Numbered from the stretch's first letter, positions 10,258-24,914 are shown. The stretch: 64,000 nucleotides of DNA from Azolla caroliniana (GCA_043228905.1 JBHGNT010000020.1:11098001-11162000); one strand, 5' to 3'. A program made the numbers and translations. The notes: generated by a model not told the origin, from the sequence alone.

Positions 10258-13200
10258 ATGGAAGGCGGCGGTAGTGGGCCTCCGGGCATGATGGTGTTGA
10301 ACTCACAGAACTACGCCGACTGGAAGATAAAGATGGAAGACCTTCTCATCGTCCGAGACCTGTACGAACCGATCGACAATGCCGAGATACCCAAGGGGGT
10401 AATAGAGTCGGAGTGGAAGCTCCTGAACCGGAAAGCCGTAGCGACGATCCGGCAATATGTCGATGTAAGTGTTCTGCAACATGTGGCGAACGATACGAAC
10501 GCCTATGAGATGTGGCAGAAGCTGTCCGGACTGTATGAGAGGAAGAATGCTCTGACCCGGACCTCCCTGATGAGGAAGATAGTGAATCTTAAGTACCGGG
10601 ACGGCGAGAGCATGGTCGAACACGTCAGCACATTCATGGGATTCGTGAACCAGCTTGCGGCGATCAAGTTCCCGTTGGATGACGCAATGCAAGCCATCAT
10701 GCTGATGTGTACCCTTCCGGAGAGCTGGGAGAACTTGGTAGTTACTCTCAGCACCTCCTGTAAGGAAGAGAACTTGTCTTTACTAACGGTAAAGACAAGT
10801 ATTCTAAATGAAGAAGCGCGTCGGAGAGATAAAGAACCGGCCTCCGACTCGAAGGCGCTGCTTACCGAATCGGAATGGGGAAGACAACGGAACCGGAGTC
10901 CGCAAAGACGGGAGAAGTCGGGGACACGGTCGCAGTCGAGGGGAAGACCTACATGCTTCTACTGTGGGAAGCCGGGGCACTTCCAGAAGAACTGTCGGCA
11001 TTTCCGGAAAGACAACGGAACCGACGGTACCGATTCGAAGAAGTCACCGGAGCGAAACGGTGCATACCGGGGAGCCACGGACCGGAGAGGTCCGGATCGG
11101 CGAGGGCAGGACCGGAAAGGAACGATGGCACTCGCGGCAAGTGAAGAAGAGATAATGCTCATTACCGAAGAGAGGGAGCTGAACCTTGCCGGTGAAGAGA
11201 TGACCTGGGTGGTCGATTCCGGAGAGTCGTTCCACCTGACCCCGGAGAAGAAATACTTCTCATCCTACACAGCCGGTGAGCACGGCTGTGTCCGGATGGG
11301 AAATGAAGGTACATGCCGGATTGCCGGCATAGGAGACGTGTGGCTGATGACATCAACCGGATGCAAGATGCTGTTGAAGGATGTTCGACACGTTCCGGAG
11401 GTTCGATTGAACCTGATTTCGGCCGGGAGGCTAGACGATGAAGGCTACACGGGTAGCATCCGGAACGGTGTCATGAAGTTCAGCAAAGGGAGCCTGATAG
11501 TGGCTCGGGCCCGGAAGGTCAACACACTGTACCTGATGAATTCCCGGCTATGTCCGGAGGAGCTGAACGTGGCAGCTGACACTACCGGTGAGCTGTGGCA
11601 CAAGAGACTGTGCCACATGAGCGAGAAGGGGATGAAGAGGCTTGCCGAAGACAACCTGATACCGGTAAAGCACGTACACCTGGGGAAGTGTACCGACTGT
11701 CTGGCCGGTAAGCAAAACCGGACCTCCTTCCGCTCAAGACCACCGATGAGACGTAGTGTACCATTGGAGTTGGTACACACTGATGTGTGTCAGGTAGAAA
11801 CGAAGTCACATGGCGGAGCCCAGTACTTCGTAACATTCATAGATGACCATAGCCGGAAGCTGTGGACGGCACCGTTGAAGACAAAGGACCAAGTATTGTC
11901 CGTCTTCAAAGAACTCCACGCGAGAGTGGAAAGAGAATTCGGCAAGAAGCTGAAAGCAATACGAGCGGATAACGGAGGGGAATACCGGGGGCAGTTCCAG
12001 GAGTACTGTCGCTCGAAGGGAATCCGGCTCGAGTTTACTGTGCCGAAGACGCCGGAACTGAACGGGCTGGCCGAGAGGATGAACCGGACCATAATGGAGA
12101 GGGTCCGGAGTATGCTGGCGCATGCGAAATTACCCAAGGGGTTTTGGGCCGAGGCAATGTCGACGGCGACATACGTGATAAACAGATCACCCTCAGTACC
12201 TTTGGACGGAGACACGCCGCAGAGAGTGTGGACCGGTAGGGAAGTATCCTACCGGCATCTGAAGGTGTTCGGGTGTCTCGCATATGTGCATGTGGCAAAG
12301 GACCGGAGAGGAAAGCTAGATCCAAAGACCTGGCCATGCATATTCCTCGGTTACGGCGATGACGAGTTCGGCTACCGAGTATGGGACCCGGTCGACAAAA
12401 AGATATTCCGGAGTCGTGATATCATCTTCATGGAGGACAAGACACTCGCCGACTGGGAGTCGGAGAAGAAGATGAAGAGCTCCAAGTCGACCGGTGAGGA
12501 TCAACTCTACGAGGAGCAGTCCCGACCGGCAAGGGACCGGTTAGCACTCGAGGATCCGGCCGAAGACGGTGAAGAAACAGAACCGGCCGAGGAAGATGAA
12601 ACTGATACCGGAACCGGCCCCGATCCCGAAATGGATTCGGATGAAGAGGAAACGGAGGAGCCCGTTACCGAAGCTCCGGAACGTAGATATCCTCTAAGAG
12701 AGAGAAGGGCCCCCCGGAGATTTCCGGAACCAGAGCACGTGCTGCTAACCGACGAGGGGGAGCCGGAGAGTTTTGAAGAAGCAAAGCATGACACCCAGAG
12801 CCGCAAGTGGTTGAGTGCCATGCAGGACGAGATGGATTCCCTGCATGAGAACCACACATATGAACTTGTGGAGTTGCCGAAAGGAAAGCGGGCACTTCGA
12901 AACAAGTGGGTGTTCAAGCTGAAACCGGGAGATGCCGGAAACCCCCCGAGATACAAAGCTAGGATCGTGGTGAAGGGGTTCCAGCAGAAGAAGGGCGTCG
13001 ACTTCGACGAGATATTTGCCCCGGTAGTGAAGATGACCTCCATCCGGACGGTGCTGAGCATAGCGGCAAGCATGGACCTCGAGGTAGAACAGATGGACGT
13101 GAAGACGGCATTCCTTCACGGTGACCTCGAAGAAGAGATCTACATGCAGCAACCGGAAGGATTCGAGAAGAAAGGGAAGGAGCACCTGGTATGCCGGTTG

Positions 13201-14331
13201 AAGAAGAGCCTTTACGGACTGAAGCAGGCTCCCCGGCAATGGTACCGGAAGTTCGACTCTTTCATGACCGACGAAGGGTACCACAAAACGCAGTCCGATC
13301 ACTGCGTGTTTGTGAAGAAGTTCGAAGGAGGAGACTTTCTAATACTCCTCCTGTACGTGGACGACATGTTGATCGTCGGACGGGACCAGGTCAAGATACG
13401 GATGCTGAAGAAAGCGCTTCACCGAACCTTCTCAATGAAGGACCTGGGTCCGGCGAGGCAAATACTAGGGATGCACATCATCCGGGACCGGAAGAAGAAG
13501 CAGTTGTGGCTGTCACAGGAGAAGTACGTGACAAAGGTGCTTCACCGGTTCAACATGTCGGAAGCAAGACCGGTCGGGTCAACCCTCCCGGCAAACTGCA
13601 AGTTGTCCAGCAAGCAAAGCCCCAAGACAAAGGCTGAGAAGGAGGACATGATGAAAGTACCATATGCCTCTGCCGTCGGAAGCTTGATGTACGCAATGGT
13701 GTGTACAAGACCGGACATAGGATATGCAGTCGGAGTGGTGAGCCGATACATGAGCAATCCCGGCAAAGAGCACTGGAACGCGGCCAAGTGGATACTCTGA
13801 TACCTGAAGGGCACGGCAAACATGTGCCTCCGATTCGGCTCCGGTAAGCCCGAACTTGACGGCTTTACCGATTCGGATATGTCGGCTGATGCAGATACCA
13901 GCCGGTCCACATCGGGGTATGTGATGACGTATGCAGGGGGAGCTGTTTCGTGGCAGTCGAGGCTGCAGAAGACGGTTGCGTTGTCAACCACGGAGGCGGA
14001 GTACATGGCGGCTGTTGAAGCCGGCAAGGAAATAATATGGATGAAGGACTTCATTAGAGAGCTCGGTATCCGGCAGGAGGAGTACCGACTCTACTGCGAC
14101 AGTCAGAGTGCCATCCACCTTGCGAAGAATGCGGCCTATCACTCCCGGACGAAGCACATCCAGCGAAGATATCACTGGATCCGGGAAAGGATAGAAGACC
14201 AGGAGTTCGTGCTGACGAAGATCCACACGGACGAGAACGGGTCAGATATGCTGACCAAAGTGCTCACACCCGACAAGCTGGAAGCGTGCCGGAAGAGGGT
14301 CGGACTGGAAAGACATCCCATGCCGAAGTGA
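10258..14331 (+). pseudogene. gag-pol polyprotein of copy A1 with one premature stop
   Basis: Zinc knuckle CFYCGKPGHFQKNC, protease VVDSGES (DSGAS in copy A2), integrase HHCC/DDE, RT YVDD, RNase H. TGA at 13798-13800 corresponds to CGA (Arg) in copy A2, and the frame continues to 14331. Confidence 0.95.
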
Positions 14332-14610
14332 AGGGGGAGTTTGTTGGGATTACGGTCCCTCCGGATGGGATGGTCAGAACTACGGAGCCGGATGATGAAG
14401 ACCCCGACTACGGAGCCGGATGACGAATGTACCCGGAGAGAGATCCGGATGCGGGGACATATTTGTGAATATGTTTGCCAAGGGCCCTCTAGGCTATATT
14501 TGTAAATAGCCCGAAAGTCATATATGTATAAATATGACTTAGGGCAAACAGTTTTGTAGTTGTTGCTCATTTTTTCTGTTTTCCACTTAGAGGGAGCGAA
14601 GTGAGAGCAG

Positions 14611-14645
<35 letters not shown>

Positions 14646-17165
14646 GAAGAGGTCGTTGCCTCTGTGTATTACCGCCGCCTGTGGCGAAGACAGTGAGCTC
14701 AAGGTTGTTGCCTTGTAGCTTCACCAGTGTACATCTCTGTTTATAGTGATAGTTGGAGTTTGAGGACTCCCGTGGTTTTTCCCATTTAGGGTTTTCCACG
14801 TAAAACATCCAGTGTACCTTTCTCTCTGTTGTCTTCGTGTATTTTGTATTTCCTGTTTTCTGTGAGTTGATCCTATTCCTCGGTTGTAGCCGAGCACTGC
14901 AAAGTTAACACGAAATGTTGCAACTTGTCCAATCCAAGTGGCTTGGTGAAGATGTCGACAACCTACTGATCGGTTCAAACATACCGGAGTTTGACTTCAC
15001 CGCTCATGCAAAAAGTGATAATGCACTTCTATGTGCTTCGTCCGAGCATGGAACACAAGGTTCTTGACGAGCTGCATGCTACTGATGTTGTCGCAGTAGA
15101 TCGGGATCGGAGTCGGTACTTCGATCTGGAGGTCTTACAGAAGCCGTTGAAGCCATATGGCTTCATAGGTGGCGACGGTAGTGCCCCTATACTCAACCTT
15201 AGTGCTCGATAGAGCCATAATTGGCTGCTTCTTGATGCTCCATGCAACAGTCGTGCTCCCGAGAGAAAACATGAAAATGTAAGTGGACTGACAATCTGAC
15301 GCATCACCGGCCTAGTCGGCATCTATATAACCAACTAGCTTTTCGGATATACCGTGTAGGTACAACAGCCCCCGATCCTTAGTGTCGCTCACATATCTCA
15401 ATAGTCGATGAGCGCACTGAAGGTGCTCTACAGTCGGCTTCTGCATGAACTGGTTGATCACCCCAATCGGATAGATGATGTCGGGTCGGGTGATTGTCAA
15501 GTATATAACGCTTCCAACAATTTGTCGGAACCATTTCTCGTTGCAGACCGGTCCGAAGTGGGGACGTAGCTTGAGGTTCTGGTCCAGGGGTGTTGATACC
15601 GGTTGGCATTCGGTCATGCCGAACTTGTACAACATATTCAACACATAGTGTCGCTAAGATAGCAATATGTCGTCGGGAGTATGGATCACTTTGATCCCTG
15701 AGGAAGTAATGAAGGTCCCCATCCGATAGTTGGGACTTCACTCGGTCGATTTCAAGGAGGTTGGGTCCAGAGACAACCAAGTCGTCGACATATAGTAGAA
15801 TGCATACCGGAACGTTGGACCCTTCCAGATAAACAGTGAAGAGTCGGCCTTTGAGGCCACAAACCCCATCTTATGCAACCGGTACGTGATCTTTGAGTTC
15901 CAAGCACAGGGGGTCTTGCTTTAGGCCATAAAGCGACTTCTTGAGTTGGCATACTGCCAACTTGTTCATCTCTAACTGAAATCCGGGGGGTTAGATCATA
16001 TAGACTTACCACATTCTTCGCGTCCATTTGGTGAAGATTCCACCCCTTTTCTATAACAATTGCCAGTACCACACGAACCGTCGTCATCTTCACTACCAGA
16101 GCGAAGGTCTCGTCGTAGTCAATTCTGTGGGTCTGCGCATATCCTTTGGCCACTAACCGGGCCTTGTACCGGTTGACCGAACCATGGACATTATATTTTA
16201 CCTTGCATACCCACTTGCAGTTGATCGGTTTGCAATGTCGAGGAGGGTCAACCATGTCCCAGGTGTCATTGGCATCAAGTGCCTGCATTTCTTCCTCCAT
16301 CACAGCACACCAGTTCACGTCTTTTGCCGCATCTACGTAGTTCTCTGGCTCACGCACTTCCGCCACTTTCGTTATGTACGCATAGTGATGCACCATGCAT
16401 TCATTATACCCATACTGCTTCATGAGATTCTTTCGGCAGGTCAATCAACGTAACTTCTCGTTAGACAATTTAAGGGCCCTCTTGCCTGACTCAAACTTCG
16501 TCTCCGAAAGTCCATCTTCATTCTGTCCATAGTCGGATTCGCTCCGATTCGACTTGTCCCTACCGGTGTCATATTCCGGCATCTTCTTCTTCCCCTTCTC
16601 TTTGTGCATAAATCATCTCCTCAGTTCCTTGCACGAGGACAGCACGCCCAAGTCTCCACTACTCACCGGCTCATCATCCGATTCAGTCTTTCATTTGGCC
16701 CACTCAGCCGGAATGAAGTCAGACTCTCTTCCAAAGTGTCGAGCTCTTCTTCCTCTTCTTCTGCCTGGATCATTTCGGGCTCACTGGCCTCATCCTTAGT
16801 GATTGAGGGTTCAGAGTTGTCAGGGGTAGGAGTCGGTAAGGAGTACCATGATGCCGACTCATTGAATTTGACATCTCAGCTTACTCGAACTTGTTTGGTC
16901 CGGGGGTCATAACACTTATACCCCTTCTGTTCATGTGAGTAGCCGACTAATATGCATTTCTCCAACTTCGGGTCCGACTTCCTCCCTCTTCTCATCGGGC
17001 ACATGCACATAGGCAATGTTGCCGAATGTCCTCATGTGTCGTCAGTTCGGCTTCCGTCCTAAATACAACTCGTGTGCCCCGATCCGATTTTGGATGTAGA
17101 TGGCCATCCGAACCGCTTCAGCCCAGTAGAACTTGGGCATGCTCTTCTCCTCAAGCATTGCCCGT

Positions 17166-18101
17166 TGTCGTGAAGGATTCCATCAATAGGAAGAAAAGGA
17201 GCCGGATGCGTGTGAACGAATGCACATGAGAATGTCTTTATGTACAAAAACGTGTAAATAACATAATATTAGTTTGAGTGTTGTTGAATACTAGGTAAAC
17301 GTGTTTTAATAGGCACTTTAAGTTCACACGAATGGAGAGGAATAAAGGGGATTGATGGGAGGAGATCGAGGAGAGAACCGTAGGATAGAAAAGTTGTTGT
17401 CTTAACAACCTAATGTAACGGTCTCTCCCTCCTTGAGCAGTAAAAGGAGGGAGAGAAGATTGAAGAAGGGATCTAGCATTTTGGAGAACGAAGTGCTATC
17501 GGTTTGACATCCAGAGCTTTGTCATTCCTTCTGTTTTCGCTCTCTACTGATTTGGGAAGAAGGTGAGGCCTCTGCTCACATAGGAAGCCTTTGTGCTCCC
17601 GACAAAGGCTCATCTTTCAGTCAGTCTATGTGTTTCGAGAGCATGAAGCTCTGTTCCCAGCCAAGTCCAGTTGTAATTCAATTGTTATAAATTTATAGAC
17701 TGCCTCATTGTTTCCGGATTTCTGTCTTTCCTGTCTCTGTTAGTGTTCTTTTCTCCGTTTCCTCTTGCTTGCATGTGCGTACCCGGGTGTGTGAGCCCGT
17801 GAGCTCCTTGTTCGCTATCTGGCACAGATCCGGAACTGAGAACACGTCCGAGTCTGTGTGCTTTACTCCGGCATTTGGAGACTAGTCAGAATCAAATACG
17901 TGTTCAGACCGCGCTTCGGCGAAGTTATCCGAAAACCGATCCAGATAATCCCTCTCCTCTTTACCAACTCCGGACTACATTCCGGCAAAGCTATCCAGAC
18001 GTCAATCCGGTTAATCTCTCTTCCCTTACCGGCTCCTTGGTCCGAAACCCCAATGGTCCCCCCCCCCCCATTTCGAGACATCCACATGGAAACCTGCGAC
18101 A
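17166..18101 (-). mobile_element. Solo LTR (936 bp, probably gypsy-type) inserted in the integrase of family-B copia; orientation tentative
   Basis: TGTCG...CGACA termini, flanked by CCGT (17162-17165) and TCGT (18102-18105). Removing it with one 4-bp copy restores ...KNRSVVEAVRAMLEEKSMPKFYWAEAVR. Confidence 0.85.
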
Positions 18102-20524
18102 TCGTACCGCTTCTACAACAGACCGGTTCTTCCTCTGGGCTACACCATTTTGTTCCGGCGTATACGTGCAACTAAATTCTCGTTGAATTCCCTTCTATTG
18201 CATATAGGTGTTGAATTGGCCAGAAAAATACTCTTTCCCGCTATCCGACCGCAGGCACTTGATCTTCCTCTTCATTTGCCGTTCGACATGACTTTGCAGG
18301 TTCCGGAAACAGTCAAAGACCTCACTTTTCTTCTCAATGAGATAGATCCACATGTGCCAACTGTAGTTGTCGATGAAGGAGACGAAATATCGACTCCCAC
18401 TAAGACTAACATTTTGTATCGGTCCCCATACATCCAAATGTATCAGGTCAAGCTTGTTCCGGCTCTGCTTTCGCCCGTGGGGAATGGAAGTCAATGTTGC
18501 TTCCCTAGCTAGCAGGCTTCACAAATTTGGGCCATCCAGCCACTAAATTTTGACAATCCTGATCTTGATGCCTCTAATAATTGACGTGTCCTATTCGTTT
18601 TGCCATAAGTTGATGTCCAATCAACTTTTTGTCCTTTCGCGAATAAAACAGTGCAAAATTCTTTAGTGTCGAGGATGAATATCCTCCCATTCTGGCGCCC
18701 TTGCGCAATGATTTGGCCCTCGTCCTCAATGAAGCACCCGAGATGCGTGAATCGAATTTGCATCCCTTGATCGACGATTTGCTCGACCAAAACCAGGTTC
18801 TTTGTGATTGTCGGGACGTGCAGCATGTTCATGAGTTTTCCCTTTTGTCCGACATGACTTAAGGGAACTTCTCTGACATGTTCGATCAAGTGCGGAGTGT
18901 CGTCTCTGGTTTCGACCACTCCCGGTTGCTCCGGTTTCTCCAAATACGAGAACCACTCTTCATGGTTCGTCATATGGTTCGACGCCCCAGAGTCAACATA
19001 CCACACTTCTTTCGACTTGGAGGTGGTCTTCTTCATCAAGTTCACCTTGTGCTGCATCACAAAGGTTAGGCCTGATCCATTTCCAATCTTTCCAGTTCCA
19101 GATTCTTCTAATCCTTTGACGTAGTGCGAGCATTGCCAACTCCCTTGTCCAACCTTGCCAGATCTAGATTTTTCCAAATCGGCACGCTTCTTTCAACATT
19201 CGCTCTCCTAGTGGTTTTATCTTGCCACAATACCAAAATTCCGTTTTGGTTTTCGATTGTTGGTTCCTAGTGTCGCCTTGACTCCCCCTGTTCGTGAAGG
19301 GTCCGGAACTGTTGTCTACACTATCTCCATGCCTCCTATTCTGCCCTTGTCAGTTGCCACTGTTGTGAGCCAATCCGCCTCCCTGTACAACATCTGGTTG
19401 TTGGATTGAGTGATCCTCGACCCACTCGCGTGGTTTTCTTCGATCATCAGCATCTCCCGGGTGCAAGTCGAAGAAGGACAGTGGCTTCTCCCGGGTGCAA
19501 ATCGCTGTCCAGATAGGCCCATACCTTTATGATAGACCACCGAGGCAGATGTAGACCATCTCTTCTTCGTCCACCATCACGTTGATGGACCCCAGCACAT
19601 CGCAGATCTCCTTTATCTTGGTGGTGTAGTCGGTAACCGACATATCCCGTTGACGGATGTTGTTGGGCTCTTGTTTGAGCTACAACTTCCATGTCATGGT
19701 GCTTGCCGCAAAAATCTTCTTCAGATTTTTCTACGCATCTTTCGACATTTTTGCGTCTTTGATGTAACCGACTGTGCACACAGGACGTGAGGCAATACAA
19801 CACTTTGTGCGCTCCTTACTCCCACGTCGGGAAGTCCTTTTGTGCAGGCTCCTGCGCTACTTCATTTCCTCCTTCGACATAACTCCAGTAGTCGTGCCCC
19901 AACATGTACTTGTGCATCTTGTAGGACCCAGATGCATAGTTGCTTCTGTCGAGCTTCTCTGTCGAAAGCAAGCTAGCCATTCCTCTATCCATTTCCTCTT
20001 CTGTCTGTTCTTTATCAGAAGTTAGGTTTTCGTCTATCTAGTGCGTTCTATTGGCAACAGAGGATTTTCAACCCTCGCACTCTAATACCATGTGAAAGTT
20101 AATGTGTGGAAGCTTAGACAAACTGGCTCAGTTAGATAGCAACAGAAAACAAAGACAATGAATGTATAATGGAAAGCTTTAGAATACATAGTATGCGGGA
20201 GAGACAAAGACAGAGAGAGCAGAACACACAACGCCTATTTCAAAATAAAATCAATACTCTATACATACAATGTGCTTAGTGAGCACTTTTATACAAGTCC
20301 TTGAACGGACTAAAAGAAGTATTGACATGTACTTCAATGCTCATACCAAGCGACTCACATTGACTCCTAGAAATATGCCTACGTACTAGGCTAGGATCGT
20401 AGGCCTCTAACGGCCTACTGGTTACACTCAGATCCGGACACCGATCCGGTTCTTCGTTCTAGATATCGATCCGACTTCGGCTTACTCAGCCGATCCAGAT
20501 CAGGTTGAGCTTGCACGCTCAACA

Positions 20525-21076
20525 ATCACAGATAACAGGGCACCTACAGTTAGTGCCTAGAAACGGAAAATTGGAGATCTATGGATGTTGCTTGCACCCA
20601 TTATCATATGGAGCATATGGACGACAAAATGTACCAAGGTATTTTTAGCAAACAAATGGCCTCTAACAGAATCTATTAAGTTAATATGGCACACATTAAT
20701 AACCACATTAAGGGCACAATATGAGTGAATTGATGGAACAGATGATGCTTCAAAACTAATGAAGCTGAATTTTAGAAAACGTTGGTGTACTACACTGATG
20801 GCTCCAGAAACTGGAATGGATATACGTTGGCAGTACGTAGTACCCAGATGGTTGTTCCCCCCTCCCATTAGATGAAAGAGGGGCGTGAATGACATGAGAT
20901 ACATAGAGAACAAACATGTGGGCTATGGAATGCAGGTGATGTGTAAGATAAATAAGTGATGTTGCAAATATGGAAGTACATAATGACTACTGGATAAAGG
21001 GACTAAAGTTGTGTACTGAATGACATTTTAACTAATGGAGTATATTCTTTTTTGGTAAATAAATAAATAAATAAAT
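20525..21076 (+). pseudogene. 3' end of an L1-type LINE (ORF2 C-terminus, 3' UTR, A-rich tail)
   Basis: Plus-strand translation GDLWMLLAPIIIWSIWTTKCTKVF...IWHTLITTLRAQY...RWQYVVPRWLFPPPIR* aligns by eye with the C-terminus of the LINE at 29100-29330 (DIWMLITGFTLWYVWKARCLKVF...IWFALISCLRGQL). An (AAAT)n run lies at ~21057-21076. Confidence 0.75.
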
Positions 21077-22542
21077 TTAATTGGTAGCATTTTCCTCAAA
21101 TGAAGCTATTGCTTATAAATTCTTAGGTCTTACTAAAATGTAAAAGATTTTGAGTTCACGTTGAGAACCACATGTTTATTGAAGATCAATGTACACATGA
21201 TGAGGATTGTTCATTAAAACATGTCTTATGCATTTTTGAAAAGTTGATTCATGTACACATGTAGACATAAAAATGCACAATCAAAATGTACTTTGGCATC
21301 ATTTCATGTTCATGCATCTTGGAATGGAAAATATCGAACATTACCTCATCTTCAAAAATGTAAAAATTAAAAGCTCTAGCAATAAAGATTTTCTAACATA
21401 TTGCTTATTTTATTAATACCATTTGTGAATAACCATAAAGCCATTAAGCAATGCATGTTCCTATGTCACCTCTTGACTCGATATTTACCCTTAAAAGAAA
21501 TGCCCTATGTTGATGTCGTAAGTAAATGAGCGTCACAAATAATTTAGTATGTTAACAAAACCTAGATGCATATGTGTATGTGTTCTTCTGAAATAAGATG
21601 GCTAAAGTTCATGTACATTGTATAAGCCAAGAAATACAAATATGTAATTTCAATTATGACTAGAATTACTCACGATTGCAATTAATTGTGATAAAATATA
21701 ATTTGATACAAAATTGTCAAGGATGAAGTGTAATAATCCTTTAGTCATGAAAATTTAATATTTGCATAGATATAAAAAATCCAACTCAAGCTTGTCATGG
21801 TTCACTCTTATAGATTGATTCGCCTTTGCCTTTAGGTTTATGCTTATGGCCAACATTGGGTTCAGCTTCATTATAATCAATAAAAGTGCTGCCAAGTTTT
21901 CTACTCGAATAAGCATTCTTGAGAATCTACAAGAGAAGATTATCATTAGTTATTAAACATAATGTTGAACCAGAAGGGAAGGATTGAACTTTGGCTCTGT
22001 GAAATTTATAACTTTGTTACTATAAGAACAAACCATCAACCCCATCAACAATGTGAAATTTATGACTTTTTTACTATAAAGAATAGACCATCAACCCCAT
22101 AAACAAGGAGAGACCTATAAAAACCATTGAACTAAGCACCATGAATTTCTACTTACAATGTGCCTACTATTGACCAAATTATTGTGGATTTTAGATTCAT
22201 AAACGATGCTAGTCTTTTTTATGGTATCTGCAACAACCAAATGAAATAGTGAGGATAATGCACATTATATATCAAAGGAATATAATTGTAAACCAAGAAA
22301 ATCATGTAGAGATCACAACATTGTAGGTGACAATACAATGAAGACATTTATATTTGAGATGCCCTTACTTGAGAAAAAGGGGTCAACAGTGGCAATAGTT
22401 TGAGTAGCATCAACTTTGACAAATGTAAGAAAGAGGCCATGAAGGAGCAAGGTAGATAGAACTAGCATCGTAAAAGAAGAAGCCATAAGGGATGGTGCAG
22501 ATTGAGTTGAGAGGAAAATGCTATGGGAATGGATTAGTTAAA

Positions 22543-22590
<48 letters not shown>

Positions 22591-22979
22591 CTCTTACAAA
22601 TGTAGTGATTAGTCTTTCGGACTAGTGAGTGAGTGATTCAATTTAACTTACAAACTTCGTTTAACACAATGGCAAATCAATCGGACAAATTCACATGCAC
22701 ACACACAAAACTATGTATATATATCCATGTGTGTATGAGACAAACACAATAAAGTGAAGATCCCAATATTAGTCAGCACATTAAAAAAGAGCATAGAGTA
22801 GTATAAACTTCAAAGTATTTGTTAGAAATCTTACATGGGAAAGACGAAAAGTTGCACCTATCTTATCTCACACGTCCTTTTACCCCCCTTACTCATTTGT
22901 TGTTCTTGTATTGGCTTTTGAATGGGGAGTAGGGTTGGTAGGGTATAATGTATAGATCTATATCTCTTTGTGTGTGTGT

Positions 22980-23085
22980 GTATATATATATATATAGAGA
23001 GAGAGAGATGTGTAAATACACACACAATATATGTATATGCATTGACACAAAACATATATGCATTGTTGAGCAAAAGTGATTATGC

Positions 23086-23121
<36 letters not shown>

Positions 23122-23335
23122 TGTATAGATAGGTATGTGTAAATACACACACAATATAGCTGCATTGACACAAAACATATATGCATTGTTGAGCAAAAGT
23201 GATTATGCATATATATATATATATATATAAGAGAGAGAGAGATATATAGATAGGTATGTGTAAATACACACACAATATAGCTACATTGACACAAAACATA
23301 TATGCATTGTTGAGCCAAAGTGATTATGCATGTGT
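22980..23335. repeat. Three ~120-128-bp tandem units containing (TA)n/(GA)n microsatellites
   Basis: tgtgtaaatacacacacaatat...cattgacacaaaacatatatgcattgttgagc..aagtgattatgca repeats at ~23009, 23137 and 23257. Confidence 0.9.
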
Positions 23336-23375
<40 letters not shown>

Positions 23376-23456
23376 CATGCATGCATGTATGTATGCACAT
23401 ACAAACAAGTCTCTTGGAATGTAAGCATTCAATTGTGAGAGATTAAACTCAATTTA

Positions 23457-24440
23457 GAGGCTGAGAAAATATATGTTCGTTTTAAAGCAATCCTTTATTA
23501 AAAGGCTAATTTCACATATAAATAAATTGGCAATATTCTCTTCATATTTCCCACCCATTACCTCATTTAACACAACGTAAATAATTGTCAGGCAAGGTAT
23601 GCAAAGGACCATTGTCCACTTTTTGGGAGGGTTACTCCCCTTGTAGTTCTCCCAACATGGACTAATATACTAAATAATAGGGAGTAACTATGTTAGTGAA
23701 GGAAAAAGCCTTTCATATCACGTAATGTGCTTACACGACATTTTTCATTCATGAGATTTCCAATTTGATTGTTGCCACATCTACCTTTTATTGTATTTTT
23801 AGCTTTATAAAGATTACTTATTATGAGGTAGTGAAAGTCTCGAGGAGAAGCAAATGCATTACAAAATGTGCAATCTTTTTCCTTTTCCTTTATCATTTTC
23901 TTATACAAGTTAGAATAAACATCATAATGTTTGAGAATCCTACATAGTTTTGAGGCTGAGAAACTATATGTTCATTTTAAAGCAATCCTTTATTAAAAGG
24001 CTAATTTCACATATAAATAGTTTGGCAATATTCTCTTCATATTTCCACCACCATTACCTCATTTAACACAACATAAATAGTTTGTTAGGCAAGGTATTCA
24101 AAGGACCATTGTTCCCTTTTTGGGAGGTTTACTCCCCTGGTAGTTCTCCCAACATGAACTGATATAATAAATAATAGGGAGTAACTATGTTAGCTAAGGA
24201 AAAAGCCTTTCATATCACATAATGTGCTTACACGACATTTTTCATTCATGAGACTACCAATTTGACTGTTGTCACATCAACCTTTTATTATATTTTTAAC
24301 TTTATAAAGATTACTTATTACGAAGTAGTGAAAGTCTCGAGGAGAAATCAATGCATTACAAAATGTGCAATCCTTTTCCTTTTCCTTTATCATTTTCTTA
24401 TACAAGATAGAATAAGCATCATGATGTTTGAGAATCCTAA
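23457..24440. repeat. Tandem duplication of ~495 bp of AT-rich DNA
   Basis: gaggctgagaaa.tatatgttc...tgtttgagaatcc at 23457-23940 and 23952-24437. Confidence 0.92.
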
Positions 24441-24914
24441 TATAATAAAATGTTGAGAAAAACTTCCTTGCGTCCAAAAATTTAGTTGAAACTAGTTTGT
24501 GTTTGCTTGTTGTATGTATATGTTACCTAGTCTCATCCATAGAAATAAGGAAGTTAATAGGTAAGAATTATGAGATGGTAACTAGAGTTCTATTTAGTTT
24601 TAGCATGTGATCTATATTGGCAATGATAGATGAAATATTCATTACAAAGTAAATTCACCAAACATAATTGGAGAAATATAATGTAGCAAAAAATATTTGA
24701 AAAATGGAAATTAGGAAAAGGAGGAAAAAGCAAACCTGAAGAAAGCATAAGATTTTTTTCTTATAAAAAGGATTGAGAAAAAAAAAGCACTTTCGCAATG
24801 AACTATGTTCCACCTCGTTGGTTGTTGCCGCCACCAATACCGTTCTTACAACATACAACATGACTTAAGATGGAGGTCCATGTTAATTACTCCTTATTGA
24901 TCAATATTGGTGGA

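Larger units (their letters stand above)
9608..14910 (+). mobile_element. Full-length Ty1/copia LTR retrotransposon (family A, Tnt1-like), copy A1
   Basis: 5' LTR 9608-10226 and 3' LTR 14342-14910, TG...CA ends, TSD CGAAA (9603-9607 and 14911-14915), PBS TGGTATCAGAGC 10230-10241, PPT GAAGGGGGAG 14330-14339. Confidence 0.98.
8961..20524 (-). mobile_element. Degenerate Ty1/copia element (family B) carrying two nested insertions; 3' LTR essentially lost
   Basis: 5' LTR 20091-20524 (TGTT...CACA on minus strand); PBS TGGTATTAGAG at 20080-20090; fragmentary gag, protease (WYVDSGASNHMT), integrase (LIHLDVWGP) and RT (YKARLVAKGYAQ). RNase H (DIFTKPLGLDKLQHF|SEMLGLQ) rejoins across the 9608-14910 insertion. 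PPT GAGGGAGAG at 8971-8979 is followed by TGTTGA. Confidence 0.85.

Noticed and set aside
10303-14226. Numerous antisense and alternate-frame ORFs over copia pol (also 50518-54336 and 58068-60834)
   Set aside because: Shadow ORFs of GC-rich coding sequence with no recognisable motifs.
22858-23438. ORFs of 60-179 aa
   Set aside because: Translations of (TA)n/(CA)n/(GA)n microsatellite repeats.
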